Source: Leptogorgia sarmentosa
Lineage: Eukaryota
Assembly (NCBI GenBank): GCA_964658305.1
Contig: OZ210885.1
Coordinates: 19,406,001 to 19,470,000 of the forward strand
Direction: 5' to 3'
Length of the DNA: 64,000 nucleotides
Below the pieces are notes generated by a model. It worked only from the letters and a program-made list of their open reading frames with translations. It was not told where the DNA came from and searched no databases. Below are positions 39,219-52,190 of this stretch, in pieces; the first letter of the stretch is position 1, and the number at the start of each line of letters is the position of its first letter. The translations under genes were made by a program, and so were the position numbers.

Positions 39219-42200
39219 GGCTATTAGTAAAACCAAGAACACCGGAACACGTAACACCAAAATACAGAACACCGGAACACTCTAATTAATTGAAATGCGC
39301 ATCATGAAATTAAATAATATACCGGGGGTTGTAACAAGTAGTAAACAAGTATTTTCATTGCTAAATCACATTGCCGACGCGAGTGGTCAAAGTTCAATTT
39401 TAAATTGTTTTATTGCGGCACGCAGTGAACAGTCTTAATACTTACATACTCACATTTGCCGCAAAAAATTGCGCTATCGCACAATGTTTGTAGTGTGATA
39501 TTGTATTTCTTTAACATAATTGTTGTAAAAAAGTAGCGCGATTCATAAAATATAATGAAGATGAAACCCAATATCCATGACAATATTATCAACTCAAAAC
39601 TAAATGTAGACCTTCATTCTGAAAAGCAAAACTGCACATAATGATCGATGTATAGACAATTATGATCTAATTAAATGAACCCCAAACCTCCAATCCAAAA
39701 TAAAATTTCATCGATTGTTGGTGATACGTTAGCTTTTCAAAGTTTACATGCAGTTTTTAAATTTCAACACTAATTACACGCTTTATATCAGAGCGTTATT
39801 CCACGGCAAACGATCGTGCCAAACCAAACCTATCTCGCAACACTTGTCGTAAATCATCTGTGATTTGCGTGTCACAGACAGGTGGAAGTAGATCTTGTGG
39901 TTGGAACATTTCATTCCGTAAACGGATGCACTGGGTGCTGAGATGGTAATGTCTATTTTGCTCTTGCCCAAGATGCCAAGACTTTGAGCCATCATCATTT
40001 ATGTGAGGATAGTAATTGCGCTCTTTCCTGCAAATAACAATTGTGTTGTCTGGAGGGTGAACACCAGGAGTTTTAAAAGGCATTCCCACAACCATTGCAC
40101 TTGGAAATTCTACCAGCTATCGTTTTCAGTTGATAACAGGCATTTGTCAAACGGTATTGCAGGTCTAGGTGGCAACGGAACTCCACAGGGAACTGGAACT
40201 AAAATACGTTGTTGTTGCTGTTGTTGTTGTTGCTGTTGCAATAGTTACTGTTGTTGTTGTTGTTGTTGTTGTAGTTGCTGTACATTTTGTAGTAATAACA
40301 GAAATTGTTGTTGTTGTTGTGGAGGTGGTAATTGTTGTTGTTGATGTTGTGGCGGTGGTGGTTGTTGTTGTTGTTGTGGTGGTGGTGGTTGTTGCTGTTG
40401 TTGTTGTTGTGGACGTGGTTGTTGTTGTGGTTGTAAATGTAATTGTGAATGTATAAGTGGTTGTTGTTCTTGCTGTCGGCCAACTTGACTCTTGGTAGGA
40501 TTTTGTGTTCTAGCGCTTGTCGCCAGCGTAGTCAACTCGATTCTTGCTTCTCTAACGGCTATTGGCTGACTTGCCCTCCTGCCTTTTCGTCTAGCTGCGC
40601 CTGGCTTTTTCCCAGGATTTTCTGGCATATTTGCAGTCAAGGTGTTTGTTAATCTTGCTGCGGTTTCGCTTTGCGTGTACAATACCAGTCAAGAAATTTT
40701 TTCGTTTCCATATTATGCGCTGCAGCGGCTAGAGTGTGTGAACAGAAACTAATACCACACCAGTGTGGACAAGACTTTTCACAAGAAAACTCTCCCTCAT
40801 TCTTCCTTCTAGTCACTAAATGTGGTCTCCTAACATTGCTGTAACTGGTAACCATTCTGGATCCTTTCGAGCATCCTGGTGCTTTGGCAATATTATCTGG
40901 CTAGCTCATCAATGAGCGTGCTTTATTCCAAATTCCTGAGGCTGTCTCCTTGTGAATGTAACGTTCTAATTTGCAGGCATAATCGTTGAAATCAACACCA
41001 AGGATATCAGCTTGGGACACGATCGTTGTTGTGCGAGTGTCATTTGTTGGACTGTTAGCTGAAGAACCGATAGCTACGTTTTCCTGGTCCAAATCCCGAA
41101 CCAATATATTGAACATTGTCTTTATGCGCTCTACTCTTTCTTCACTGGTCATCGAACACCACGCTTCTTCCCCTATTTCGTGCTCACGTAAAGATGGGTG
41201 AAGGCGGTATGGACCTTTTCCAATAACAGCCCATTCAACGTTTTTTCTTTGTCGTTCTATGAGACCTTGTGCGGTTTTGGCAAATTAGGGCAGATTCTGA
41301 GGTTGACCGTTACCTTCGTCACTCAGGAGGTGGTTGATCCACTCAACTCTATTTGTGGTGAATTGAGGTGGTGGATTTCCCAATCCTGCTCGGATACGAA
41401 CTGGACGTATCATTGAATTGACCATTTCGTCGGCTTTCTGTGTAGCTATCCACAAATGAACGTTTTCTCCTTTGATGCCCATCTGGGGCCAGTTGTACGA
41501 AGCCTGTTTAACCTAAATGGCGGATAAGCTGAAAAATAAAAACAAGTCTATTAATTCATTGAACAACAAAACTGAAAGTTTTCAACATGAACAGAACGTC
41601 TATGACTGCCACTACGTATTTAGTTCATGAAATTTAAATTGATATGTTTACAAGAGTTGTGAGAGTGTTATTAAATTTTGGCTTATCCACCATTTAGGCT
41701 AAACAGGCTTTGTACAACCAGCCCCTGCTCTTTCCATTCTTTGCCAACTTCAGCCATTTGTAGCCAGAATTCCTCAGCGTTCTCACTGTCAATGAGACCT
41801 TCTTGAAAGATCGACCCAACCTGCCGTCCAAAGATGTCGGCCAATATCATGTTCTGGTTACATTCCGATATACCCACCGCGGTTAAGTGTCTGTCAACAA
41901 CGCTGGTCTCAATTCAAGCATTTGATTAACGAATCCTTCATAGGTCGTTTCTTTTTTCTGACGGCGGATGTACAAAGGATCATTGCCGGATGCTTTCCGC
42001 TTCTTCTGTCCAACAGATGGAGGTTCTCATACTGTGTGGCAGTCACATGAAAGGGACCCAGATCGAAATTGGACGTGTTAGTGCAGTATTTTTCTATATC
42101 GGATAATTGTGAATCCGATGCTAATAAAGCCGTTGGTTCTGGTGCGGCTGTCACGCGTCTGACAAACGATGTCTCTGGATTCACCTCGTCTTCTTTGCAT

Positions 42201-43750
42201 TGAAGAATTATTGCAAAATAGGGGTCATTGGCACAAATATCTGAATTTTCAGATGCTTTAAACTTCTTTTTGCTGTTGTATATTTGCGCCATGTCTCTCT
42301 TTTTGGAAAACATTACGGGGCTTTTCTACCCCTACTTTTGTAGCAATGGCTTTTAGTGTGCTGTCTTGTGTCCTTCTGTATGGTTTCTGTTGCTTGCTAT
42401 TTGCGTGACATTTAATAGAGAATGGATGTTCTTCTTTATCAAACTGGTAGGTCAAGATTGCTAATTCCATTGCAGATCCGTGCTCATCTAGTTAAAATAA
42501 TTTAATTTGAGAACTTTATATTTTTGTAAAAGGTTAGTTATTGCATGGTTTGTATCCATCGATGTATAAGCGTAGGAGAGATACGCTATAAACATTAACT
42601 GATCATGTGAACTTTTACCTATAATATAGGAAATTATTCTTCTGTAATCTTGTGAATCACTTTGAATGGCTGTAGTATTTCCGGCAAACCTTGTACCATG
42701 GGCTTTTCAGTTCACTTTCGTTAGGTTTTTTACCACATTTTTCAAATTCTTGAGAGTTCCCATCAGAATTCGAAGAGTCAGATGAATCTGTGCCCTGAAA
42801 GTAAAAATATCTGACACCATCATTTTTCCAAGAGCCGCAATTATCTGCCAAGTGAATTGAGAGCACTTGTATCAATCAAGAAGACATAATTTTGTTGAAC
42901 ACGTTGAGGAACCTTCTTGCATACGCTTTTATCCGATGTTCTTGTCCTCAAAAGTACATCGAAAGCCTCATCGACGAAACCATCTTTTTCTTCCTTGCGC
43001 ATGTTTTTTAGGCAAGGCAACTTCTTAAACACGGGGAAAGAATATTGTTCTGATGGTAAACTTCGTTATCATCTTGCACCAATCTGTTTAAAAAGTTTGG
43101 AAAAAAATCATTAATTAGGCCATTGTTGATGAAAATTAAAAGTTCAAGATCCGGAATGTCTCTAATATATGGTGATAAGAAAACAGTCATTTCTCACCTA
43201 TTTTTCAATCTGAAACAAAATACATGCACGGGATCCATGTTGTACTCACAGTTCAGTTGTATCCTCCATGTGTGATGAACTGTCACTTAGTGGCCCATCA
43301 GATGAATCTGTGTCAGGTATTTGCTGATACACTTGAGACTCGACAGATTCTGAAACAATGCTGTGAACAAAAATCAGTGTCAAAAGTTAGATTGACGATC
43401 GACCCGTTAATTTCCACAAAACACATGTGAATATACCTGCATGCTTTTTGCCTAGGAGATTCACCTTCAGACTTTCTGTTTATAAAAAATGAAAGACAAA
43501 GAAGTAATATACTGGTACTGAACATGGCTCACAACTAAATGTACATTGGCGCTTTCAATTCAAATGAGGACTACAATTAAATGCCCCTTACCTTTTCTTA
43601 GGAGAAGGCGACAGTACAGATTCATCGCTGCTTATTTCAATAACGCTTTTCGGCTTTCCTATACAGAATACAAAACTGTTAATGAATCGAGATCTTGCCC
43701 AAGGACGATTTAAATATGGTTATACTTCCATCTTTTCTCTTCTCGACTTT
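39219..43750 (-). mobile_element. MULE/MuDR-like transposon (intron-containing, SWIM finger, polyQ), one terminus seen
   Basis: FDLGPFHVTATQY..KHPAM, FTTNRVEWINH and SWIM CEKSCPHW..CSHTLAAA. Terminus GGCTATTAGTAAAACC with GAACACCGGAACAC repeats truncates the BEL element. Confidence 0.65.
40208..40470. repeat. (GTT)n/(CAA)n compound microsatellite, polyQ/P in the transposase frame
   Basis: Seen directly; ORF 40245-40682 (-) ends in polyQ. Confidence 0.95.
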
Positions 43751-44394
43751 TCTCATTTCAGGACTGATATACAACTTTTAAGTATTTTTTCATGAATATT
43801 TTATAAGATTTATTAAATTTTTTCGAACCTGTTGATATGCACGACTGGTTTCACCTTCTTTCTTGCAATTATTCTGCCTGCATGCTGATATAATGCTGGC
43901 ACCGATTGCCTTCTATATAACCAGTCGAAATGAAATATATGCCACACTTTTCAAAAATATATACATATATAAGTTTTTTGTACTGTTCAATAAACCTAAA
44001 TAGCATAGCGGCAGTTTGTCGTCAGATTCAGAATCCATTTCCACTAGTAAAAAAATTCAATATATGTTGATGCAATTTCCAACGGTACACAATAAGATCC
44101 AGAATGTGCAAACATCACAATAATTGTATACAATAGCGAATATAATATAATATAATATAATAGTGCCAATTACAAAAATGTATATGTTATAAATTATAAT
44201 GCTGCTTTAAAGTTGTATTACTAGAAATACCTTGTTCGATCGTTCTCGACAATTTCGAAGAATTTCCCTGTTGCAAACTTCTTTATTAGAAAGAAAATGC
44301 TATTTATCATACATACTAGAAAGAAAAGCAGACAGTGCATTTTAACGCGTATATAGTAGCTCAAATTGTGCGAAATTCAAGCATAGCGGATCTA

Positions 44395-45206
44395 CAGGGT
44401 GTATAAAAAAAAACGCAATCCAAGTTTAAAGCTTTATAACCAAAATAATATAGATTTCCATGTCTTAACTTTTAGTTCATGTTTTAGCCCTATCTTTTTT
44501 CTACTCAATAAGTGGTCGATTGTGACTTTTTAGGCCATTTAGGACTTCAAAATAAGTGATTTACTGCAAGCAGTCATTTTTAGGTGATTCGAATTCGACG
44601 TTCTTAATTCCGAAGGGGACGTTATCGTTGCATGCAAATATTTTGTTTGAAATATTTTCGCGAAATAATTTTAAAGTCTTAGGCATCATGCCACAGCTCA
44701 CTACAGCAGAAATAACTTTTATTGTTGAAGGTTACTTTGTAACAAAAAGTATTCAGGAAGTTTTAAGATTGTTTCGAATAGCTTTCCCGGATCGACAAGT
44801 CCCAAATTCGACAACCGTTTGGCGTAACATACTTAAATACCGGCAGATACAGCTTGAAGCAGATGTTTTACATGGAAATCATGAACTAATAAGAAGAGTT
44901 GCACGGGAAATGCAACGTCGAAGTGATTTGTGTGTGATGAGAAAGCCAGGCTATGTTGAATGATTGTAACCAACTAAAGTTAAATTTTTAATAAATTCAA
45001 GCTATCTCAAATTTTAAATTGTCCAATCACACTTACTAAAAATATCATTACTCGCTCATTTCCAACTCAAATTTAACAAACAAGCAGTCTTAAGAAAGCG
45101 GAATGATAGAGCTTTCTAACGGTGGTAAATATAACCTATTTTCTAATACTTTTCGTTATGAAAATTGCATTTGAACGTAGGATTGCGTTTTTTTTTATAC
45201 ACCCTG
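44395..45206 (+). mobile_element. Tc1/mariner internal-deletion derivative
   Basis: TIR CAGGGTGTATAAAAAAAAACGCAATCC with TA TSD. A DUF4817-like HTH (MPQLTTAEITFIVEGYF) is fused to a C-terminal remnant; no DDD core. Confidence 0.9.
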
Positions 45207-46048
45207 TATATACATGTGATAAGGCTGTATAGTTACCTGGCAAATGCATGAGGCGCTGTTTTACGATTTTCTTTTCCTTACCGATACGATTGACCAGTTG
45301 GGAGTATCGGTTCACCAGGGCAGTACTCTTCCTCATCCCAGGACTCAAATGTCAATGCTTTTTTCTATATACCAAAAATATTGATATATAGGTTATAGCA
45401 TTTTGCATTTTTTAAGCTACAGTATAGCACTTGGGTAACTTCCAGTAAAACGGCTACTATGTGCATTTATTTCAACAGAATAGCTCTTTTAAGGTGGCCA
45501 AACACAGAGGGAGAGACGCAGAAATCTTTCCACAAAGTTGCACACATGGGTCTTTTTGATACGTTAAAAGGTACCTTGGTCGATTTCAGCTTTCTGCCTT
45601 TATTCATCAGTGATCTTGATTTGCACGGACTTTGTTCTCCTTCGGTGGTACTATGGTCACTCTACAAGATTTCATTATTTCAACCAATGTTTTGATTTCG
45701 ACCTGATATCTCGACAGAGATATTATGAAAGAAAAAGCAATACTGCACACTTCCAATTCCCATCGATCCTCAAAAAAATAAATAAGAGAAAAAGTTTAAT
45801 AAAAAAACTATGAAAGCCTCTATATATAAATCAATACAATTACATATTATGAGTACATCACCTTTTTTGCATCCCCCTTATTGCATACAAGTGAACAAGA
45901 CTTGACCAACCAGTACCTTCACTAACCGGTACTATCCTTCCCCAAGGCTACCTCTCAGGCTAGTGGAGGGAAGGAGGCGCCTTACATCTCCATTTCAAAG
46001 AGCTTTGAAGCAAGGTATAACCACTGCCCGTAGACGAACATCAGCCAT

Positions 46049-46930
46049 CTAAGACCCAGGGCATCCATCACAGGAGTGTCCTTTCATTGGGTTGTTACAT
46101 TTCCTACACTTTAGCTGGGTGGGTGTCTTTGCTGCTGAGTGTATTACTTCAGCTTGTATGTTCTTCTCTTGCTGAATTTGTTCATCAACTATATATAACA
46201 TCAATCATGTATACAATTAACTACTTGTGAGAAGAGGAGTGGGGAGGTGTAGAGATTACTCGCAGTCAGGATAGAGTGCAGGCTGTTCCAATTCCTTTCT
46301 TTCTTTGTGCCACTTAATCACTTCCTCCTTTGTTCTTCTGGCTGGAAACTGTTTGCACAAAGGTTTAGCTGCCTTCTTATTATACTTTTCTGATGTTTCT
46401 GACAGATCTTGACTTGAGGTGGTGAAAAAAACATCTTTGACAACTTTTACATATTCTGCAAAAGTATTTACAGTATATGAACAGAAATTACTAGAAAACT
46501 CTATATATTCTTTCTATAAACTGGAAAGAGAAGACAAGTATGTACCATAACTTGGTTCAATAGACACTTCACGAACAACCTCTTCACCCAGTTTGTATTT
46601 TGGATATGTTATGTTGTAATACAAGCAACCATCTTGGGTTGTCTTCGACTTTCGTTGCACATTTTCATTAAAATGAAGAATGGCTATAATATGCCTGTAA
46701 ATGACAGATCAATTACAAGAACAAATTAAATGGATGAACACTAATTTGAACATGCCTATATGGGATTCAATTTTTTGAAAATGCTCACCTGCAGAAGGTG
46801 CCTATCCATGAAAAGTGGGTCATTTTGGGGTGCCAGTGGTCGAGCGTGGAGTGAAACCCTTCAAGGCAGCTGGTTTGAGCATCTGGTGATAACTTACCAA
46901 TGTCCTTCAGAATGGTAGGTAGCAGTTCCT
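46049..46930 (-). pseudogene. Kolobok-like transposase, 3' exons
   Basis: KLSPDAQTSCLEGFHSTLDHWHPK, intron, HIIAILHFNEN..YPKYKLG, and C-terminal CRKCNNPMKGH. Candidate TTAA termini near 45489 and 45564. The superfamily call is from recall. Confidence 0.55.
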
Positions 46931-46962
46931 AACAATAATTTATTTTAGTTACCCGTTTCTCC

Positions 46963-47649
46963 TAGGCCGAAGCGCACGCACCCCATTGCAAACCATTGGT
47001 ATATCTAAGTAGTTTGAGCCCTTCGGATACATCCTACACTAAAAGTTTGCAGAAAACGACCATTTTACGACTACGAAAAGTGTTATAAAAAGCCGTAGTA
47101 AAAATGGCTTGCGCGAAAAAATGTGAGGCGAAAAATGCAATTTGATTTGACAGCCTAAATCTATCGAACAAGTTTCATAAGTTATTCAAGTTTTGAGAAA
47201 TTTGGTGCACGCTGAGACGAACGTGCGATGTACGAAAACTGGATTTTCCGCAATTTTTTCGCGTAATTACGGACCTTTGGGAATTAGCTTCCAATTTGCA
47301 TTGGTAATTAATGCAAAAATCCAATTATGCATAAATTAATCGGTAATCACGCAGGAAAGAACGCAAAATCCAGTTTTCGGACATCGCACGTTCGTCTCAG
47401 CGTGCACCAAATTTCTCAAAACTTGAATAACTTATGAAACTTGTTCGATAGATTTAGGCTGTCAAATCAAATTGCATTTTTCGCCTCACATTTTTTCGCG
47501 CAAGCCATTTTTACTACGGCTTTTTATAACACTTTTCGTAGTCGTAAAATGGTCGTTTTCTGCAAACTTTTAGTGTAGGATGTATCCGAAGGGCTCAAAC
47601 TACTTAGATATACCAATGGTTTGCAATGGGGTGCGTGCGCTTCGGCCTA
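46963..47649. repeat. 285-bp near-perfect inverted repeat with 117-bp spacer (foldback/MITE)
   Basis: 46963-47247 is the reverse complement of 47365-47649 with one mismatch seen. A Tc1-type terminus (GATACACCCTG|TA) ends at 47691. Confidence 0.95.
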
Positions 47650-49882
47650 AAAGACATTTTTCGCGAGTAAACTTTTTTTTGATACACCCTGTATAATGAA
47701 TATCTCAGAAATGCAGTCAGTAGTTCTGAAATATTGGATAGTCCAGATGTTCAGATTACCACTGACAAGAACAGTAAAACAAAAACAGGCGCATTGTTGC
47801 AAAAGGGTTTAGAAGGCTTTATTCACATTTCCAAACCCGATTTTGAAACAAAAATGTTAGATATGGTTGAAAAGTCGACTAGAAAAGTTGACAACTTAGA
47901 TATTTCAAAACATTCGAAATTGTTTTAATTAAACAATTTAGATATCTCAAAACATTCGAAATTAATAAACTTAGATATCTCAAAACATTCGAAATTAATT
48001 CACAGTATAATGCTCCACTACCCGGCCTCAGTAAAGAGATGAAAGAATGCTATGAGAAAATGAAAGACTGGAGAAATGTGAAAAACATCATTGAGCTTGT
48101 AAACTCTATTGAATACTTAGCTCTTTACCCAATGTCTGACGAAGAGTGCAATGATGATGATATCTTAAAACATGGGGGAGCTATTTTGAGATGCAAAACT
48201 TGCTTTGTTTTGTTTAAAGACAAAGCCAAGAAGGTTACTCCTTGTCGAGCAGCTGCAAATTATCCATTGATTGTACAAGCATATGTACTGGCAAGTATCT
48301 TAGCCCAGAAGTGATCACAGGGCAAGGAGAACATTGGCATAAACGTAAGAGTCGGATTCTACAGCATATGGTTTGCACAAACGATGGAGTAACTCATTAC
48401 AAAGCCCTCACATTAATCAACGAAGAAACAGCACTCAAAGAATGACATTATGAAGCTGCGGAATGTTTACTGAAAAGTGCGCTAACTGCCATGAAAGCTA
48501 AATCCGCTGCAATGACCACGAAAATCTTGTTGCCTTTGCTTTTTCAGTAGGGGGGCAAGTTGGGCAATGTGGTCATTCAAGAAAACTCTTCAATGACCTC
48601 CTAAAATGTTTATTAGCGGTGGTGAGTGAACAAACAAAAGCAGAACTTTTGAAATGCCTACCATCCACTGGATTAGCTCCTCACTTCTATTTAACTGTTG
48701 ACAAAGCTACTGTTAACAAGAGATCCAACCAAGCAGTTTTAATATGCCCAATGTTAAGAGGGAAGAGAGTGGCAATAGCTGTAGCAGCTCCTGAGGTTTA
48801 TTCTAGTAGTACTGGTGGTTCTGTGCAGGTTGGTAAATTAGACGACTCGGCAAAGCAATCACTGGATATCCTGGAAAAGACGTATGGAAGTATGGTGCTT
48901 AATTCATTAGTTGGTAAGTAGGTTCTTAACCAACGTTCATGGAACGTTCAATTTCTCAAAAACAATATATCAATTATGAGCACGTACTGTACATCCAAAA
49001 ATTATGCAACTAACTAAGAAAGAAATACTGAAAATTTAGTATTTATCTAGTTATAATGTATATTAAGAAGTTCTCATGTGTGTAAAAATAAATTCAGGTA
49101 CATCTGCTGATGGTGGATATCAGGCAAGCGGATTCGCAACTGTCCTACAGCAAGATGTTAATGATTGCAAGTTTGTTAAATGTGTGACGTGGGATCCATC
49201 TCATTGGTTGGCCGTAACTGATTTAAAAGAAGGTAAAATCGGAATGTCGAAAGCCTTTTTCATGACATTTATCAAACGAACAAATGTCTTTGCAGAATTA
49301 TTGAACAGGGGTAAAGGTGAGTATATAATATATGGGTTTCTGAAAATATCTACCATTCTTTATAGTCGACTGCAAAAATGCTGAAGTCAAAAGCTACTGT
49401 AGCCACTGTTTATTCTCAAACTACATTCTCTAGTTCAGCATACGTTCAGTGGAAACGACTAGTTTCCTCTTTTGGATTGTTTGTCTCAACAAAGTACTGT
49501 ACGCCACTTCTGGTGACAAGATGCTAGACGAAGACAATCTTCTGCAGTATACCGTTAAAGGACAGGTAATATTTCTGTTATCTTCATGCGATTTTGGTAA
49601 TTACTTTTGCACTGTATCGACAGGAGTACTTTTTAATTACTAATTAAAAGTAGTGGCTTAATAATCATATAAAAATCGATACTGTATTATAAGAGAGTTC
49701 AAGATACCAGCATATATATTTTTGTTTTCTGATAAGTTATTGAATTCCATTCAGTTAATATGAGAATATATTTATTTCTAGGACTTCGTGACAGATCTGT
49801 TGCTAATGCATGATGTATTCGAATAATGACTCTTCTTCAAGGACTTTCTGTCCCTGTCTGGAAAGCTCATAAGTGGATACGT

Positions 49883-52190
49883 CAACCTCATACCCAGGGC
49901 TCTTCATTCTGACGCTCGTACCTCGCTGGAACTAAGACCCTGGTTGGAGCTGGTCATGTGATACGTTGGAAATGAATAATCCGCTGGGGGGGGGGGAGGG
50001 GTAAACAGATCTATGCTCACTGGATTCCGAATTCCGATGGATAACAAAACGAAGTCGAAGACATGTTAGCCTACATAGCTTTCTCATCTTGTTTGGAATT
50101 TGCGATTTTAAATAGTATGTACGGAGAATTCAATCTGAAACCGAAGCAAGTTCTTTGTCTGGAAGCGGTATATTTACAGAGAGATGTCATGTGTGTTCTG
50201 CCAACAGGTTATGGTGTTGTTACATGGTACAGGTTATCCTTCCATTGGTGGTGTTTGTAAAACACAAACTTAATCTGTTCGACAAATTCCGTTTACGAGA
50301 AATTTCTGCGAATATGGTTGACTCAATAGTCATTGTAGTATCGCCACTCAATTCTTTGATGAGCAATCACATATCTCAGCTCGGAATGAGTGGCATCAGA
50401 GCATCTTTTGTCAACGTTAAAGAATCAACAAGAACATCACAGTCAGAGGACGATGATGCAGAGGTCAATGATGCAGAGGTTGAAACATCGAATTAGATAT
50501 CGATTTCTGTCTATGTGAGCAGAATAAACTGCGAGATGGTTACTACCACATCGTTTTTGCTCATTCAGAAAGCTTAATCTCAGCTTCATACGGACGAGAA
50601 TTACTGTTGAGTGAAAGATATCAAGAAAAAGTGGTTGGAATTGTTATTGATGAAGCACACTGTATTGTAGAATGGTAAGTGTCAAGGTTTTAATACTCTC
50701 AACAAAATTGAATATTGTAACTAAAGACAAAGTAAATGTGGTTGAAAGCACAAGATGTATTATACTGTTTATATACATTTCAAGAAGTTAGGTTGTATAT
50801 CAATGATAAATACAAACTATTCTTTATCTATTTTTTAGCGGTAAGGATTTTAGAAGAGACTATGCCAAGTTAGGGGTGTTGCGTGCCCTCTTTCCAGATA
50901 TCCCATGCCTTGCCATGACAGCAAAAGCCAATCAGAGTGATATGAATATAATCAAAGATTCGTTGGGTTTAAAGAACTGTGCGTACATTGATCTATAATT
51001 GTACTATATGGAGCTTTTCATGTTCGGTTATATTTTATTTTTAGAATGATATAAATTTAAAATAATAATTCATTTTTGGTTTTGTAATTTAGTTGTTGAA
51101 TAAATTTTGATTATTTACATTATCATGAATAAATATTAACATTAAATAACTTTAAACTATATGGTACCAAGATGAATTGGTATGTTAGTGTAGATCACCC
51201 CCACCAATATACAGTATCAAGCAACTACTGTAATAAGTTCAAGCCAGTAGTCTTTGTTCACAGTGTTAGTAATAGTAGCAGTGTACGCTATACTATTTTA
51301 AAAGGCAGTGCACCCCAATATTCATGAATGATTTGAACTACTTTTTTGGAGTTAGATTACTCCAAAGATTGTTCTGAATCATCTGACATTTCTGAATCGT
51401 ATGATTGTTCTGCATCATCTGATTGTTCTGAACCATTTCTAACAGGCTAGTGTAGTATTATATTGTTTCTATGCCTGGCTACTCATGTTTTAAATTTTTC
51501 TTTGTCAAATGACTTAATAATTTCTGCCTTCTTCTTCTGAAAAGGCCTTAAAGTGCCACTGAAACGAATTTTTCGACCCCTTTTTTTTTCGCTTTAAACA
51601 ATATTTAGGATTTTGATTTTGACTGCAAGATGACTAATTTTGCCCTCAAAGTGCAACTTCGCATGCGAACTTTTTGATCCGCCATATTGGCGTGTGTGAC
51701 GTCATAAGTTGAACACGTCTCGAAGCTTTCTCTATAGATTCTATTGCGCTTGCGGTGTTGTCTGTGAAAAGATGGCGGCATGTACATTTTACCAGAATGC
51801 ATTGCGAGCATCAAAAGTAAATGACTGAATAAACATGACACGAAATCACCTAATGCTAATGATGAGAAATTTTAGCACAACGAAGAAATTAACCCCGTTT
51901 CTTATGCCTGTTCTTCAAAAGATGTCCATTCGCTCTTTTAAGCAATTTCCGACCGCGGTACATTCTGGTAAAATGTACATCCGCCATCTTTTTCGTTATG
52001 GTCAATTCTTAATCAATATCAAAACGCTATTTTTATTTTGTTGAATTGTTTTTCATGTAGCACATCGTTGGCCAAGATCCCGAAGCGAAGACAAGGAACA
52101 GAGACAAGTCTATCAAAATATCGAGTTGTCTGTTGGTTAGAAGGTAACAGATCAAAAAGTCTGTTATACAAATGACGGAGGGAAAAAGAA
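49883..52190 (+). mobile_element. AcademH-like fragment with a truncated RecQ helicase (about 50083-50990)
   Basis: Starts CAACCTCATACCCAGGGCTC. Motifs VLPTGYG, VVSPLNSLM, IVIDEAHCIVEW, intron, GKDFRRDY..LAMTA. No helicase C-terminal lobe. Right end not found. Confidence 0.6.
51766..51994. repeat. 34-bp inverted repeat inside a probable MITE remnant beginning TTAA-AGTGCCACTG (51548)
   Basis: GAAAAGATGGCGG(C)ATGTACATTTTACCAGAATG at 51766-51799 and its reverse complement at 51961-51994. Confidence 0.7.

Larger units (their letters stand above)
32020..39219 (+). mobile_element. BEL/Pao LTR retrotransposon (gag, protease, RT, RNase H; integrase and 3' LTR missing), split by a hAT
   Basis: DUF1759-like gag, three CCHC knuckles, LLDTGAG, YIPHKPV, LYVDD, HTFGDAS and IPRLEL. 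PBS-like AACA-ac-TGG near 32203. The 5' boundary is approximate. Confidence 0.88.

Noticed and set aside
40003..40483. Poly-Cys, poly-Val and poly-Asn ORFs
   Set aside because: They are alternative frames of the (GTT)n microsatellite.
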